A stretch of DNA of 64,000 bases from the NCBI GenBank assembly GCA_021817785.1, contig JAKAFY010000002.1, forward strand, positions 11,750-75,749, in the 5' to 3' direction. This DNA comes from a bacterium (GTDB lineage Bacteria; Patescibacteriota; Microgenomatia; UBA10105; UBA927). This document shows positions 30,600-40,060 of this stretch, piece by piece. Under the pieces are notes generated by a model. That model was not told where the DNA came from, searched no databases, and saw only the letters and a list, made by a program, of their open reading frames with translations. A program made the position numbers and the translations under genes. The stretch's first letter is position 1. Every line of letters begins with the position of its first letter.

Positions 30600-30968
30600 T
30601 TAAGGCGTTTCTGTGGTGCCACTTGGCATCTGCCAGATGTATAAGACACCATTAAAAGCAGTCACGCGGTATCCGCTATTAACGCCAATAGGCCAGGATT
30701 GATTCTGACTGAGTTGCTCGGCGTCCGGGATAGTTTCCCCCTTCGTCCACTGGATCATAACCAGTGTTAAGTCCGCGGTCGTTCCTTGATTGGAGACTTG
30801 GTAGTCGCCAACGGGTAAGGGCGTGCCATTTTCAGCAACGCTTCCAATGAGAGTGGCGCCATCCGCGGGCGGTGTTGGGCCGGTGTCGGCTTTTGCACTG
30901 CAGGCGGTTAAAATTCCTGCCGCAATAATGAGCGCAGCGAGGAGGCTATAAAGATACTTTTTTGACAT
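30600..30968 (-). CDS. Putative lipoprotein
   Basis: MSKKY...ILTAC lipobox; AGGAG SD. Confidence 0.7.
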   Translation of the reverse strand: MSKKYLYSLLAALIIAAGILTACSAKADTGPTPPADGATLIGSVAENGTPLPVGDYQVSNQGTTADLTLVMIQWTKGETIPDAEQLSQNQSWPIGVNSGYRVTAFNGVLYIWQMPSGTTETP

Positions 30969-31046
30969 TTTCCTTTTCTCCTAAACGAATTTTTACTTAT
31001 TTTCATCTTTTGGAACAGTGTAAAGTTTTTTTTATCTTTATCCCTC

Positions 31047-31409
31047 CTATGGACTCGTTTTTATTACCGTTACGGAAATATCTTTTCCAAAACAAGTAAT
31101 AATTTTTGGATTGAGTTTATCCTCAGTGGGTGGGTAACTACACCTCATGTTTGTTGTGGCTGATGGATAAAAAGGCGTCCTCGTAATTTGGACGTCTGCC
31201 TGCCCAAGATTAATCGACACATAATTTGGGTTAGCGCTATATATTGAGCTCCCAAGCACAGAATAGGTCTTAATGTATATATCTGCCCATTCTGTTTGCG
31301 TTCGATGGGTACTTATCATATTTTGGGTGGCGAAATGCCACAATCCAACCAATGCAGCGATAAGCGCCACCAACAACGTGGTTATGAGCCATCTTTCTCT
31401 ACCCTTCAT
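31047..31409 (-). CDS. Membrane-anchored hypothetical protein
   Basis: N-terminal TM; GGAGG SD. Confidence 0.65.
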   Translation of the reverse strand: MKGRERWLITTLLVALIAALVGLWHFATQNMISTHRTQTEWADIYIKTYSVLGSSIYSANPNYVSINLGQADVQITRTPFYPSATTNMRCSYPPTEDKLNPKIITCFGKDISVTVIKTSP

Positions 31410-31759
31410 TTCTTCCTCCTTCAGGCCAGTTACGGTCTGAAATTATATTTTCCCAAGTCACCTGGTAGTAGGTGACCTAAGATTTCAATTACGATGCCCG
31501 ATACTTAGACCGGGTCGTTCCGACAGTTTTTCTTTATCAATTATGAAATTGTTTATAACAATTTCCCCCTTTGTGAAACATAAAGCTTTTGCAAAAATCC
31601 TATTGGATCTCCGTCGCTAGCTATTCATATTCCCCCGATAGCTTGCAGTCGCATATCTTGAAAAGATATTGCTTTTCCCTCTAAACGGAATTGCGTTTGC
31701 ATGTTACTCTTACTTACTTCTAAAAATTTCTCTTATTACTTTCTTTATGTTATTTATAT

Positions 31760-32600
31760 TTCCCTCTCTATCTAATTTTTTGTTATTGCCCCTAAACTGA
31801 CAGCCAACAAAAGTTGACTATCACGTTCGGGGCAACAACTGAATAGAGAGAAGGGGAGTGTATTGTCTGTCGGCCGCCTTATCGGCGGGGAGGTGAAATG
31901 TACCGTTTGCCCGTTATTGTTCGTTACTTTCCGCTTTACCTCGCCGTAGTTCCTCAGTTTTACTCGGAACGAAGGCGGGTTTACGTATTTTTATTATGAG
32001 AGATGACCGCGAACCCACTGCATCCCTCGGTTTCCGTTTGATGTACGCGAACGTACGAAACAGAAGTGACGAAGGGCGCGGGAAGCACGATCAAACACGC
32101 CACATTACTGTAGCGCGTATTCCTGCCCTCGTGGTGAACGGTAGAGAAGCGCGTGTGCGTCCTTCCCTGTCCACCTGCGCTCATGTTCGTCAGCATGGCT
32201 GTGAGCCTGCCTGACGAAGTATTCGCTACGGGGACAGGTAAACGTAGTTCTGCTCCGCCAAAGGCGGACCAGAAACGTTTCCCTGTATGCCTTGTTAAAG
32301 AGCTAATTAGCGTGTAGTGGATAGCGTGTAGTTAAGAGAAAAGCAATTATTTCTCCAACTGAGCACTATCCCACACTAACTCCCGATGGTTCACATCAGG
32401 AATTTAGGCTTGATATAGCCCAAATTTCCAACGTGAGCCTCTTTGCTATACGCTAAACGCTGCGTGCTATTTACTCATTTCTCTCCAGAAGCGAATCCCG
32501 CCACATCATGCCGTTGGCCTGCTTGCCTCGCCGACCTGCCGTTCGACTCGGTGGGCCGTCCGCAGGCGTGACACAACGGGACTCATTTCCAGAGATAATT
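31760..32600 (-). ncRNA. Candidate structured non-coding RNA (unassigned)
   Basis: Series of long imperfect hairpins and no credible ORF; strand inferred from one hairpin only. Confidence 0.35.
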
Positions 32601-32607
32601 ATCAAAT

Positions 32608-32699
32608 GTCATTGCGAGTCCCGGCGTTGCCGTGGACGAAGCAATCTGTGACTCGAAATAGATTGCCGCGTCGCTCGAAAGCTCGCTCCTCGCAATGAC
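32608..32699. repeat. RPE/REP-like palindromic element, same family as the lepA copy
   Basis: GTCATTGCGAG...GAAGCAATCT...AGATTGCCGCGTC...CTCGCAATGAC. Confidence 0.85.
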
Positions 32700-33340
32700 C
32701 GATATTCAATTGTTAAATTGCTGCATGACCTTGTAGGGCCTGGCCCTGCAAGGGTGGTGTCTGTTCCGGACAGAAACGATTTCTGTACAGAAAAAACACG
32801 GCGACAAACAGATGACCCAACAAAGGGTATCGGCGTTGTCGCCGGGATGAGAGAGTTGTTTGGTCCCGAAAAAAACGGGACGAAAAAGCCAAGGAAGACC
32901 GGATTTCTCCGGTCTCCATTTCCTTGTTGTATCCGGGTTTGAACTCCGCCCGGATATATTGGCTTGTGTTGTCGGACCCAAAGTTGGGCCCAACAAACCT
33001 GGATATCTGTATACATCACGACTTGATCGTCTAGACGAGACGTGATTGTGTAGTCAGTATCCAGCATGGTGAATTCTCGTGAAACAACGATGGTTCCAGT
33101 ATCGCTGTTATACACAGTCAGCCTTTGGAAAAGACCGTTGTATATGACACCCTGAAACGGCTTGTCGTTTACGAGAATCGTGTAGCGATTAAATAATGCT
33201 GCCTGGTAACCGTATTTTTCTAGTCCACAGGACGTATAACCTTTATACGTGATCCATCCCAGGACAGCGATGAACATCAATGTCAGCACGGTGGCAAAGA
33301 TCAGAAAAAATGTGGCCAAATTCTTTAGTCTTTGGGCCAT
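32609..33340 (-). CDS. Membrane-anchored hypothetical protein; last ~100 aa may be read-through into non-coding DNA
   Basis: N-terminal TM; tail crosses a terminator-like hairpin and ends at a TGA supplied by the repeat element. Confidence 0.55.
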   Translation of the reverse strand: MAQRLKNLATFFLIFATVLTLMFIAVLGWITYKGYTSCGLEKYGYQAALFNRYTILVNDKPFQGVIYNGLFQRLTVYNSDTGTIVVSREFTMLDTDYTITSRLDDQVVMYTDIQVCWAQLWVRQHKPIYPGGVQTRIQQGNGDRRNPVFLGFFVPFFSGPNNSLIPATTPIPFVGSSVCRRVFSVQKSFLSGTDTTLAGPGPTRSCSNLTIEYRSLRGASFRATRQSISSHRLLRPRQRRDSQ

Positions 33341-33347
33341 TCTCGCC

Positions 33348-33776
33348 TCACTTTATGCTCTCAGGGTCGTATACCACCTGATCAGCCGTGCACGCGTAAA
33401 TTTTTAGCGTCACAGAGATAAACGGTGTATACGTTTGGTTAAATTTTATTTGTGTAGACTCAATACTTTTGCCTGAAGAGTCCTTCAGCACGGTGTTTCC
33501 ATTGGCGATCGATACGCTGCCCACAGAGCCATCAAATAGCTTGACATTAAGATCCGTTAGCGGCTTATATCCAAGCTGAACGCAAGTGGGTTTAACTTGA
33601 TTAAACCCTACTGGCGTTGAGTTGGTCACCACGTTTTGAACCGCGGTCCCGATCGCTCCTGCTGTGGCGGCGACTTTTGTGCCCTCGGTTGTTACCTGGC
33701 TTGGTAAATTTTGAGTGCCACATCCTAAAGTAAATAGGATCAGAAATAGAAACGAAAGTATTTGTTTGATCGTCAT
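33348..33776 (-). CDS. Putative lipoprotein
   Basis: LFTLGC lipobox; GAGG SD. Confidence 0.7.
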   Translation of the reverse strand: MTIKQILSFLFLILFTLGCGTQNLPSQVTTEGTKVAATAGAIGTAVQNVVTNSTPVGFNQVKPTCVQLGYKPLTDLNVKLFDGSVGSVSIANGNTVLKDSSGKSIESTQIKFNQTYTPFISVTLKIYACTADQVVYDPESIK

Positions 33777-33871
33777 TTCTTTTTCCTCTTATCCTTTGGA
33801 TTCAGTCCGATTTGATTCGGGCTGAAGATAGAAAGAGACCGACCGAAATCGGTCTCTCTCGTGATGGATCT

Positions 33872-34858
33872 TTACGGCCGCGGGCTAGGAAACGCACCAG
33901 TCAACGTATACGTGTTGAGTTGACCGTCCACATTGAATTGCCACTTATCCTGATACTGGCCCATGTAAACACCCTCACTGCAATTTGTTAGGTCGCGTGA
34001 GCTGCTTGCAAAATATTCAGTTACATGGCTTTGCGTCGGGCAGACGTAGTAAACCCGTCCTATAAGGAGGGCTTCCGTGCTCACAAATGCGTAGCCACCC
34101 GCTGCGTTATCTGGATACATGGTGACTACTTCGCCAGGCTGACTGCCGTTGATGTCATATAAGAACACGCGGTACGCCAGTTTGTTCAACAGTCGACCCG
34201 CTTCGCAATTGCTTTCGGTATGATCGTTGTAATCGCCCTCTGCCTTGTAGCGAAGTTCATATTGACCATTGCCCGGACAAAACAGATAGTCATTGCCTTC
34301 CTTCATGTCGGACCACGGCACGATGTTTGCTACTGGCGCGGGTGCTTCCACGCTTGTTGTTGAAAGGACGGCGACATGGAATATTGCAGTTATAGTCCAA
34401 GGCTTTTTGTCGGCCTTGCAGGTCACCGTTACATCTTTGCTCGTGGTTAAGTCCGGGTTTTGACCATCTTTAAATCCACAAGTGGTGGGGAACACAACTT
34501 CCAAATTCGAGTTGATACCATCGAATTTTGTATTCCCACCCCATGGTTGTCCCTGATAGATGCTAAGCGGGTAGCGAGCTGCACCTTGAACCAGATCACC
34601 ATCTATCTTGAAACGCACAATGTCGTTTTCAAGTTTTTCACTGGTTACGTTTGTCGCTCCTTGGACTGAATACGTAACTCCCACGACATTGATGGTGCCG
34701 GCAGCCGTGACTGTCGCAACTGGCGTGTAGTCCTTTGCGGACCCAGTTGCTTGTGCGGCGGGCGACGCTGTTGCTGTTGGTGTGCTACCAGCACTGCATC
34801 CCCAAAGTGAAAATGCTACGATCAACATGCTTAAAAACGCGAGCAGTTTCTTATTCAT
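33872..34858 (-). CDS. Putative lipoprotein, Cys-rich
   Basis: MNKKLL...SLWGC lipobox; AGGAG SD; STPTATASP linker. Confidence 0.75.
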   Translation of the reverse strand: MNKKLLAFLSMLIVAFSLWGCSAGSTPTATASPAAQATGSAKDYTPVATVTAAGTINVVGVTYSVQGATNVTSEKLENDIVRFKIDGDLVQGAARYPLSIYQGQPWGGNTKFDGINSNLEVVFPTTCGFKDGQNPDLTTSKDVTVTCKADKKPWTITAIFHVAVLSTTSVEAPAPVANIVPWSDMKEGNDYLFCPGNGQYELRYKAEGDYNDHTESNCEAGRLLNKLAYRVFLYDINGSQPGEVVTMYPDNAAGGYAFVSTEALLIGRVYYVCPTQSHVTEYFASSSRDLTNCSEGVYMGQYQDKWQFNVDGQLNTYTLTGAFPSPRP

Positions 34859-35537
34859 TCTCTATCACTCCTGATTAGTATTTTTCCAAAATCCCTCAAA
34901 TACCCCCTGCCGGAGATATTTTTAGGGTTACTCGTTTGGCCGCAGATGTGCTCGCGGCGTTTTTCTGCTTTTTGTTGTGGTTTAATTTTTCTTTTTTCTT
35001 TATTTCTTCTTTTCCTCTTTCTTTTCTGTTTTTCGAATGGATTGTTTTTTCTTTGTTAAAAAAGAATTTTTCTTTCCCCCACGTATAAATTCTTGATTTT
35101 TTCTTAATATTCCCCTAGTTTTAATACCCCCTATTCAGAAGAGAATATGGTTCTCTCCAAGTAGGGGGTAGTAACCCAAGGGTGCCACAACAATCAGGAG
35201 TTCATGCTACACGACCCCTTATTATTAAATGTATTTCCAACTCTCTCATGTTAATGTGCTCCTCGCGTTGCTCGGAGTGGGTAAACCCACTCACAGCCGC
35301 AATTGGCCGCTTGAACTTCGCAAAGAACCCACGGTCCATCAGCCAGAGGCTGACAAGAGCGTGTTTCCGGTGATTGGTATCACCAGAAGCAAGGGGGAAT
35401 ACAGATTCCACCTTGCTTCCGGCGACTTGAATTATCAATCAATAGTATTAAGTGCTAATAGCATATATACAGGTTGCTACGGCAATCTATCTATATATTC
35501 TATTGACACTCAAGTAGGCGAGATGTAGAGTAAAGTA

Positions 35538-35768
35538 ATGTTGACGAAAAATGATTTAGCGAATATCGGCAAAGTTGTTGATCAAAAACTTGATGCAAAG
35601 CTTGATGAAAAGCTGGATCCAATCAAGAAAAAAATTGATTCAATTGATAAAAAATTGACCTTGTCGATCAAACTTTCTCAAACAGAATCTAAATATCACC
35701 ACTTACGATTGGTGGAATTAGAAACTAAGACAGGTGTAAAAAGGCCTCCGTATCCAACCTCTAATTAA
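35538..35768 (+). CDS. Small coiled-coil hypothetical protein
   Basis: KLD repeats; TTGACA-17-TAGAGT promoter 6 nt before the ATG. Confidence 0.65.
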   Translation: MLTKNDLANIGKVVDQKLDAKLDEKLDPIKKKIDSIDKKLTLSIKLSQTESKYHHLRLVELETKTGVKRPPYPTSN

Positions 35769-35793
35769 TATTAAATTTTCAATGTGCTTGCCA

Positions 35794-35884
35794 TAAAAAA
35801 GGCAGACTCTCGTCTGCCGGTTATTTCGTTACTTCGTTATTTGGTTACTTCGTTACTTGGTAAGGCCGGCAGACCTTTTTTTAT
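35794..35884. terminator. Bidirectional terminator-like hairpin with an octamer array in its loop
   Basis: A-tract, GTCTGCCGG, five GTTA(C/T)TT(C/G) units, CCGGCAGAC, T-tract, between convergent genes. Confidence 0.6.
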
Positions 35885-35906
35885 TGCTTCGTCCTGATGT
35901 TTTATT

Positions 35907-36569
35907 TCAGGCGAGCCGTTTCCTCCCCATCATAAAGAGCAAGACGCCCATCCCGCCGATAGCGGCGAATGTCGCGATAATCATATTGTCTTCAAATCCC
36001 GCAACCGGCAGGGTCGTGGCACCTAAGACTTTGGTTTGTACGCAGAGTGAGCTTGTATCCTGGTCGGATTGGCCGCCCGGACCGGTGGCGGTCACGGTAT
36101 TGACGATATTGCAGGTGATGTCCTGGTTGGCAGGAAATACCGACGTGTCTTTGACTTTGACCAGTACGCGGTTATGGACGGTGGTGCCGGCGTTGAGATT
36201 GGACAATTCGTACGTCAGTTTGTTGGCCGCGGCTTCATACGTGCCCGGACCGGACACAAAGGTCACTTGGCTTGGGAATACGTCGATGACCGTCACCGTC
36301 TGGAAATTCACGTTACTTGTATTGGTTACGGCCACGTCGTATTCCACTTCATCTTTGGGGGAATATGCGGGATCAGCGCTTGTCAGATTTTCGACAAACA
36401 GGTTGGGATTTCCCGGATAGGCCACTTTTTTGTTGACAACGATATTGGTAGCCGGGCAGTCCACGGTAGCGCCGTATTGATTGGTGCAGCCGTCGGCCAG
36501 TGCTCGCGGAGCGATCGCGAATAACGAGCCGATAACCAGGAATGATGCAATTCGTTGTTTTGTGCTCAT
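35907..36569 (-). CDS. Surface protein with DUF11-like Ig domain and LPxAG sorting signal
   Basis: Signal peptide; VEYDVAVTNTS...VTVIDVFP; LPVAG + TM + RKR. Confidence 0.8.
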   Translation of the reverse strand: MSTKQRIASFLVIGSLFAIAPRALADGCTNQYGATVDCPATNIVVNKKVAYPGNPNLFVENLTSADPAYSPKDEVEYDVAVTNTSNVNFQTVTVIDVFPSQVTFVSGPGTYEAAANKLTYELSNLNAGTTVHNRVLVKVKDTSVFPANQDITCNIVNTVTATGPGGQSDQDTSSLCVQTKVLGATTLPVAGFEDNMIIATFAAIGGMGVLLFMMGRKRLA

Positions 36570-36665
36570 ATGATATGGTTTGTGACAGTTGTAAACGCGA
36601 GTCTGCGGACTATATCATAATCAGCCCGGCGTGTCAAATATTATAGGGCATATATTCACATTAAT

Positions 36666-37067
36666 TTACTTTGTAATATCAAAGAATAACTGAGCGATAG
36701 CACTTATGACATCGCGAGCGCTTTTTTGTTCGAGATCTTCAGGTGTACAGATTTCGAGTTTCTGTTTGAGAGTGAGTTTTTCTTCCTGGTTTGGCGGAAT
36801 ATGAAAATGGAATTGCACTTGATTTTTTTCAACGTTATGGGAGGCCGATAACTGAGGCGTTGTTCCATATCGCAACGCGGGTCTGAAGTGCGGAAGTTCC
36901 TCTTGCCGAATACGCATTGCTGCTTCTTCGAGGGTTCTAAATGAACGATACGTCCCAAAATTACGATGCAGCAACTCAGCCAGTTCGTGTTCCACCTTCT
37001 GATAGTCACGTAAATTACACACAGGAGCGGAGGTGTATATGGTTTGTTCACTCGATGTTTTGGCCAT
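36666..37067 (-). CDS. Hypothetical protein
   Basis: 133-aa ATG ORF. Confidence 0.55.
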   Translation of the reverse strand: MAKTSSEQTIYTSAPVCNLRDYQKVEHELAELLHRNFGTYRSFRTLEEAAMRIRQEELPHFRPALRYGTTPQLSASHNVEKNQVQFHFHIPPNQEEKLTLKQKLEICTPEDLEQKSARDVISAIAQLFFDITK

Positions 37068-37290
37068 ATTGGCGCCTTTATATATAAACTATAAATTTAC
37101 ATACATGAACCGTCACTCGTTTATTGACCTTTCCGGTTACCGCCGTTTTATAAATACGAAGCCAATTTCAGACTTGTATCAGATCGCGATCCACCATGAT
37201 CTTCTAGTGATCCCGGCGGCTTACCTCGTGCTGCCGCTCTTGCGAGACGAGGTCATAGTCCTCGTGAGCACGTAAGGTGGTGCCGATGGG

Positions 37291-38169
37291 TCAGATAGAC
37301 AAGGTCGAGTCTTGCACCAAATCTGCAAATATAAGAAGTCGCTCTGTCGTAGAACCCGGAGGCCAGCAGGTCTGGAGGATAAGATTTTTGGTGCCTGCGT
37401 GGGGGACGAGGTAAGAAACAGCCTCGGGAGAGACAATCTTTTTTTCGGTGATTTTGTATGTGTACTGGCGGCCTTTGTATATGATAGCTATCTGGTCTCC
37501 CGTGTCCAGGTTTTTGACCAGGTAAAAGACGGCGTTTAGGTCTTTTACAAACCAGTCGTAGCTTGTGGAATGGGAAAAAAGGTACACCGTGCCGTTTTCG
37601 TCCGGAAAGTAGCTTGTGGAGGCGTGTGCGACCCCTTCGGTGAGCGCTTTTTCGTATTCGCCCGGGTTTGCAGGATTGACGGCTGGGATAACCTTGGCAT
37701 TCACCCCGATTTTGGGGATGATGAGGCCAAAGTTGGTGTCCACCGGCACGATTGCGGAGCCGTCCGGATTGGTAAGCGGGGTAAAAAGCACGGTTTTGGC
37801 GTTCGTGGCCACGGGTTTGGGTGCGGGCTTTATGCGGTCGGCAAGGGAGCGCGAAAGCGTAGAGAACGCAGGCACCATACGCTTCGTGGCGCGGGAACCG
37901 TATTGAAGCGTCTCTATAGCAAGGATATCTGCCCGTTTTGCGGCTGTATTGATGATTGTACGAGCCTGCATGCTACGGTACCCAGCCTCTAACCGGATAA
38001 ACGGCGTAAGCGGGCCGGTAAGGCCGCCTAAAGCCAGCGCAATGAGGCCAAGGCCGAGTATTTTGCCAAGATCGGACTGTTTTTTTTGCGTTACTGTCGA
38101 CTGTGAACCGTGAACTACGGACTTTTTATAGTCCCAGTCGTGATAGTAGATGATGCCGGAGGAGCGCAT
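37291..38169 (-). CDS. Sortase
   Basis: LIIPKIGVNA, GVAH, LFSHS, LQTCWP...RL (His-Cys-Arg triad). Confidence 0.9.
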   Translation of the reverse strand: MRSSGIIYYHDWDYKKSVVHGSQSTVTQKKQSDLGKILGLGLIALALGGLTGPLTPFIRLEAGYRSMQARTIINTAAKRADILAIETLQYGSRATKRMVPAFSTLSRSLADRIKPAPKPVATNAKTVLFTPLTNPDGSAIVPVDTNFGLIIPKIGVNAKVIPAVNPANPGEYEKALTEGVAHASTSYFPDENGTVYLFSHSTSYDWFVKDLNAVFYLVKNLDTGDQIAIIYKGRQYTYKITEKKIVSPEAVSYLVPHAGTKNLILQTCWPPGSTTERLLIFADLVQDSTLSI

Positions 38170-38325
38170 AGAGTTAACAAAGTGACAAATTGACAAAGTA
38201 ACGGGAAATACAGTGTGTGATCTTAATTGGTTACTTTGTTTGTCGGTAATTTGTTATAGTAGTATACACTATAAGCTAGTTGTGGGCAACTGAAGTAACA
38301 AGGTGCATGTATAAAGAAGTACGTA

Positions 38326-38631
38326 TTATGAGCGACGTGCGGCGGGAAAACTGTTTGCATACGCAGTCGGAGATCTCATAGCGCGTATATAGTCCATTTG
38401 TCGACCCATTTTGGCAACTTGCAGTGCTATATCTGCATTTCTTATTCGATCAACGATCGGTGGTTCTCGTAACGCTCGTGCGAGCGGATCAGGCATGCTA
38501 TGGATAAAATCCGCGAGGGCATCGACGGCGTTCCATTTGGCATGCCCGAGCTTCACTATGTCAGAGTCCATATACAAATGATCGAATCCGGATGTAACGG
38601 GTGGGGAGAGACACTCCTTGCTGTCATACAT
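38326..38631 (-). CDS. Hypothetical protein
   Basis: 101-aa ATG ORF just downstream of the GNAT gene. Confidence 0.5.
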   Translation of the reverse strand: MYDSKECLSPPVTSGFDHLYMDSDIVKLGHAKWNAVDALADFIHSMPDPLARALREPPIVDRIRNADIALQVAKMGRQMDYIRAMRSPTAYANSFPAARRS

Positions 38632-38649
38632 AGGCTATATCATACACCA

Positions 38650-39231
38650 TTATTTACGTATACGCGGTGATGCCGCTATTGGGTGCGGCGATACATACAG
38701 CGATTTTTCAAACCGAACCATGGGAGTACCCGCTATGGTCACCCGGCCGGTTTCTTCAAAGCCTACGCCGGTAAATAACCGGATACTTTTTTCGTTATTG
38801 GGTTTGATCATAGCCCGGACAGACGTAAGGTGCACGGTGTTTTTTGCATACTCCAAGACTTGTTGTATGGTCTGCTTGCCTACGCCTTTACTCTGATATT
38901 CTTTTTCGCCGATGACGATGCCGATTTCTCCGGTATTTTGCGGTTGTTGATCTTGGCGCAAACTGACCAGTCCGATCGTTTTCCCCCCGGCTGTGATGTC
39001 AAAATAATGCCGAAGCGGGTCGGTGGTGGCGTAGTATATCCAGTTATCAATATCCTGCGGCATGCTGGGGAGGTCATCATACATCCATGTGCGTATATCA
39101 GGATCATTCATCCATTTCATCCAGTTGGTAAACGTTTGGTGCGAATCCGTGGTTTTTTTCAGCGTCACAGTCGGTTGGGATGGGATTTCTTTGTGCGTTG
39201 CTGGGATAGGTCGTTCGGCGATGGCGTTCAT
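38650..39231 (-). CDS. GNAT acetyltransferase (RimJ/RimL-like)
   Basis: EIGIVIGEKEYQSKGVG, NEKSIRLFTGVGF. Confidence 0.88.
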   Translation of the reverse strand: MNAIAERPIPATHKEIPSQPTVTLKKTTDSHQTFTNWMKWMNDPDIRTWMYDDLPSMPQDIDNWIYYATTDPLRHYFDITAGGKTIGLVSLRQDQQPQNTGEIGIVIGEKEYQSKGVGKQTIQQVLEYAKNTVHLTSVRAMIKPNNEKSIRLFTGVGFEETGRVTIAGTPMVRFEKSLYVSPHPIAASPRIRK

Positions 39232-39295
39232 GTAAGCTCGGGAGTATAGCAGAATAGCCTATAAGAGGCAACTCTCTGTCTTTATATGCGAGATA

Positions 39296-39329
39296 TTTGT
39301 CAATTTCACCAATTGGGAAATATAACAAA
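39296..39329. promoter_or_regulatory. 34-bp palindromic site, copy 3 (inverted)
   Basis: TTTGTCAATTTCACCAATTGGGAAATATAACAAA. Confidence 0.75.
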
Positions 39330-39421
39330 TATATGTGAAGCGACTCAAGACATACAAAGCCTATCATCTGCTTAGGTGATCCCGTATGCGGAAGGCGGGC
39401 TATTACTGAACGGCCCGTTTT

Positions 39422-40015
39422 TTATATTAGAGCCGGGGGAAGGGAAGGTATGGGCGCTGCTGCTCCCGGCATGCCGCGCATGACCGGAGTGCCGTTTATG
39501 ATTGCCCGGACAATTTGATCGGTGCTGCCGCCAGGAAGTTTGTCCCACATTTTCGCAGCATCCTTGCCGGCGGTTGTTTTGTAGTATTCCTGATACGTAA
39601 TCGTTTCATTTTGGATCGCTTTGCGTTCGTGAGCAATAATTCCCCATGGCCAGAGTGCACTTCCTGCAGCCATCGTCGCTCCTATGGCAATACCCGGCCC
39701 GACTATGCCCGGGAATACGGATCCAGCTGTGGCGGCAACAAGTGCCACCCATGCACCGGGAACCATGCCGAATACACGCATGGTGAGATCACTCATCAGC
39801 GTGTCCACATCTTTAATTTTGAGCATGTCTCTTAGTTTCGGAAGCATATCCTGATAACTCTTTTTGAGCGCCCCTTCAGGAAGTACTAAAATAATTTTTT
39901 GGAATTGTTCAGCGCGGGCGGAAGAAACCGGATGAATGATTTTTTCAATGCCACCTCGTACGCGGTCTACAATAGATGTAGATGATTGCTCGTGAGACAA
40001 GATACGTTCTGACAT
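39422..40015 (-). CDS. Hypothetical protein with Gly/Ala-rich hydrophobic hairpin
   Basis: GAWVALVAATAG...GIAIGATMAAGSALW. Confidence 0.7.
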   Translation of the reverse strand: MSERILSHEQSSTSIVDRVRGGIEKIIHPVSSARAEQFQKIILVLPEGALKKSYQDMLPKLRDMLKIKDVDTLMSDLTMRVFGMVPGAWVALVAATAGSVFPGIVGPGIAIGATMAAGSALWPWGIIAHERKAIQNETITYQEYYKTTAGKDAAKMWDKLPGGSTDQIVRAIINGTPVMRGMPGAAAPIPSLPPALI

Positions 40016-40060
40016 GAGCTAAGTATAAAGAGACAAGTCTAAAAATGCAAATTATAGGCT

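Noticed and set aside
31410-32607. RNase P RNA, tmRNA or SRP RNA
   Set aside because: Signature sequences (GAGGAAAGTCC, tRNA-like ends, SRP loop) were not found by eye on either strand.
27984-34858. Filamentous prophage or type IV pilin cluster
   Set aside because: No Zot-like ATPase, replication protein or integrase, and no class III (GFxxxE) signal peptides.
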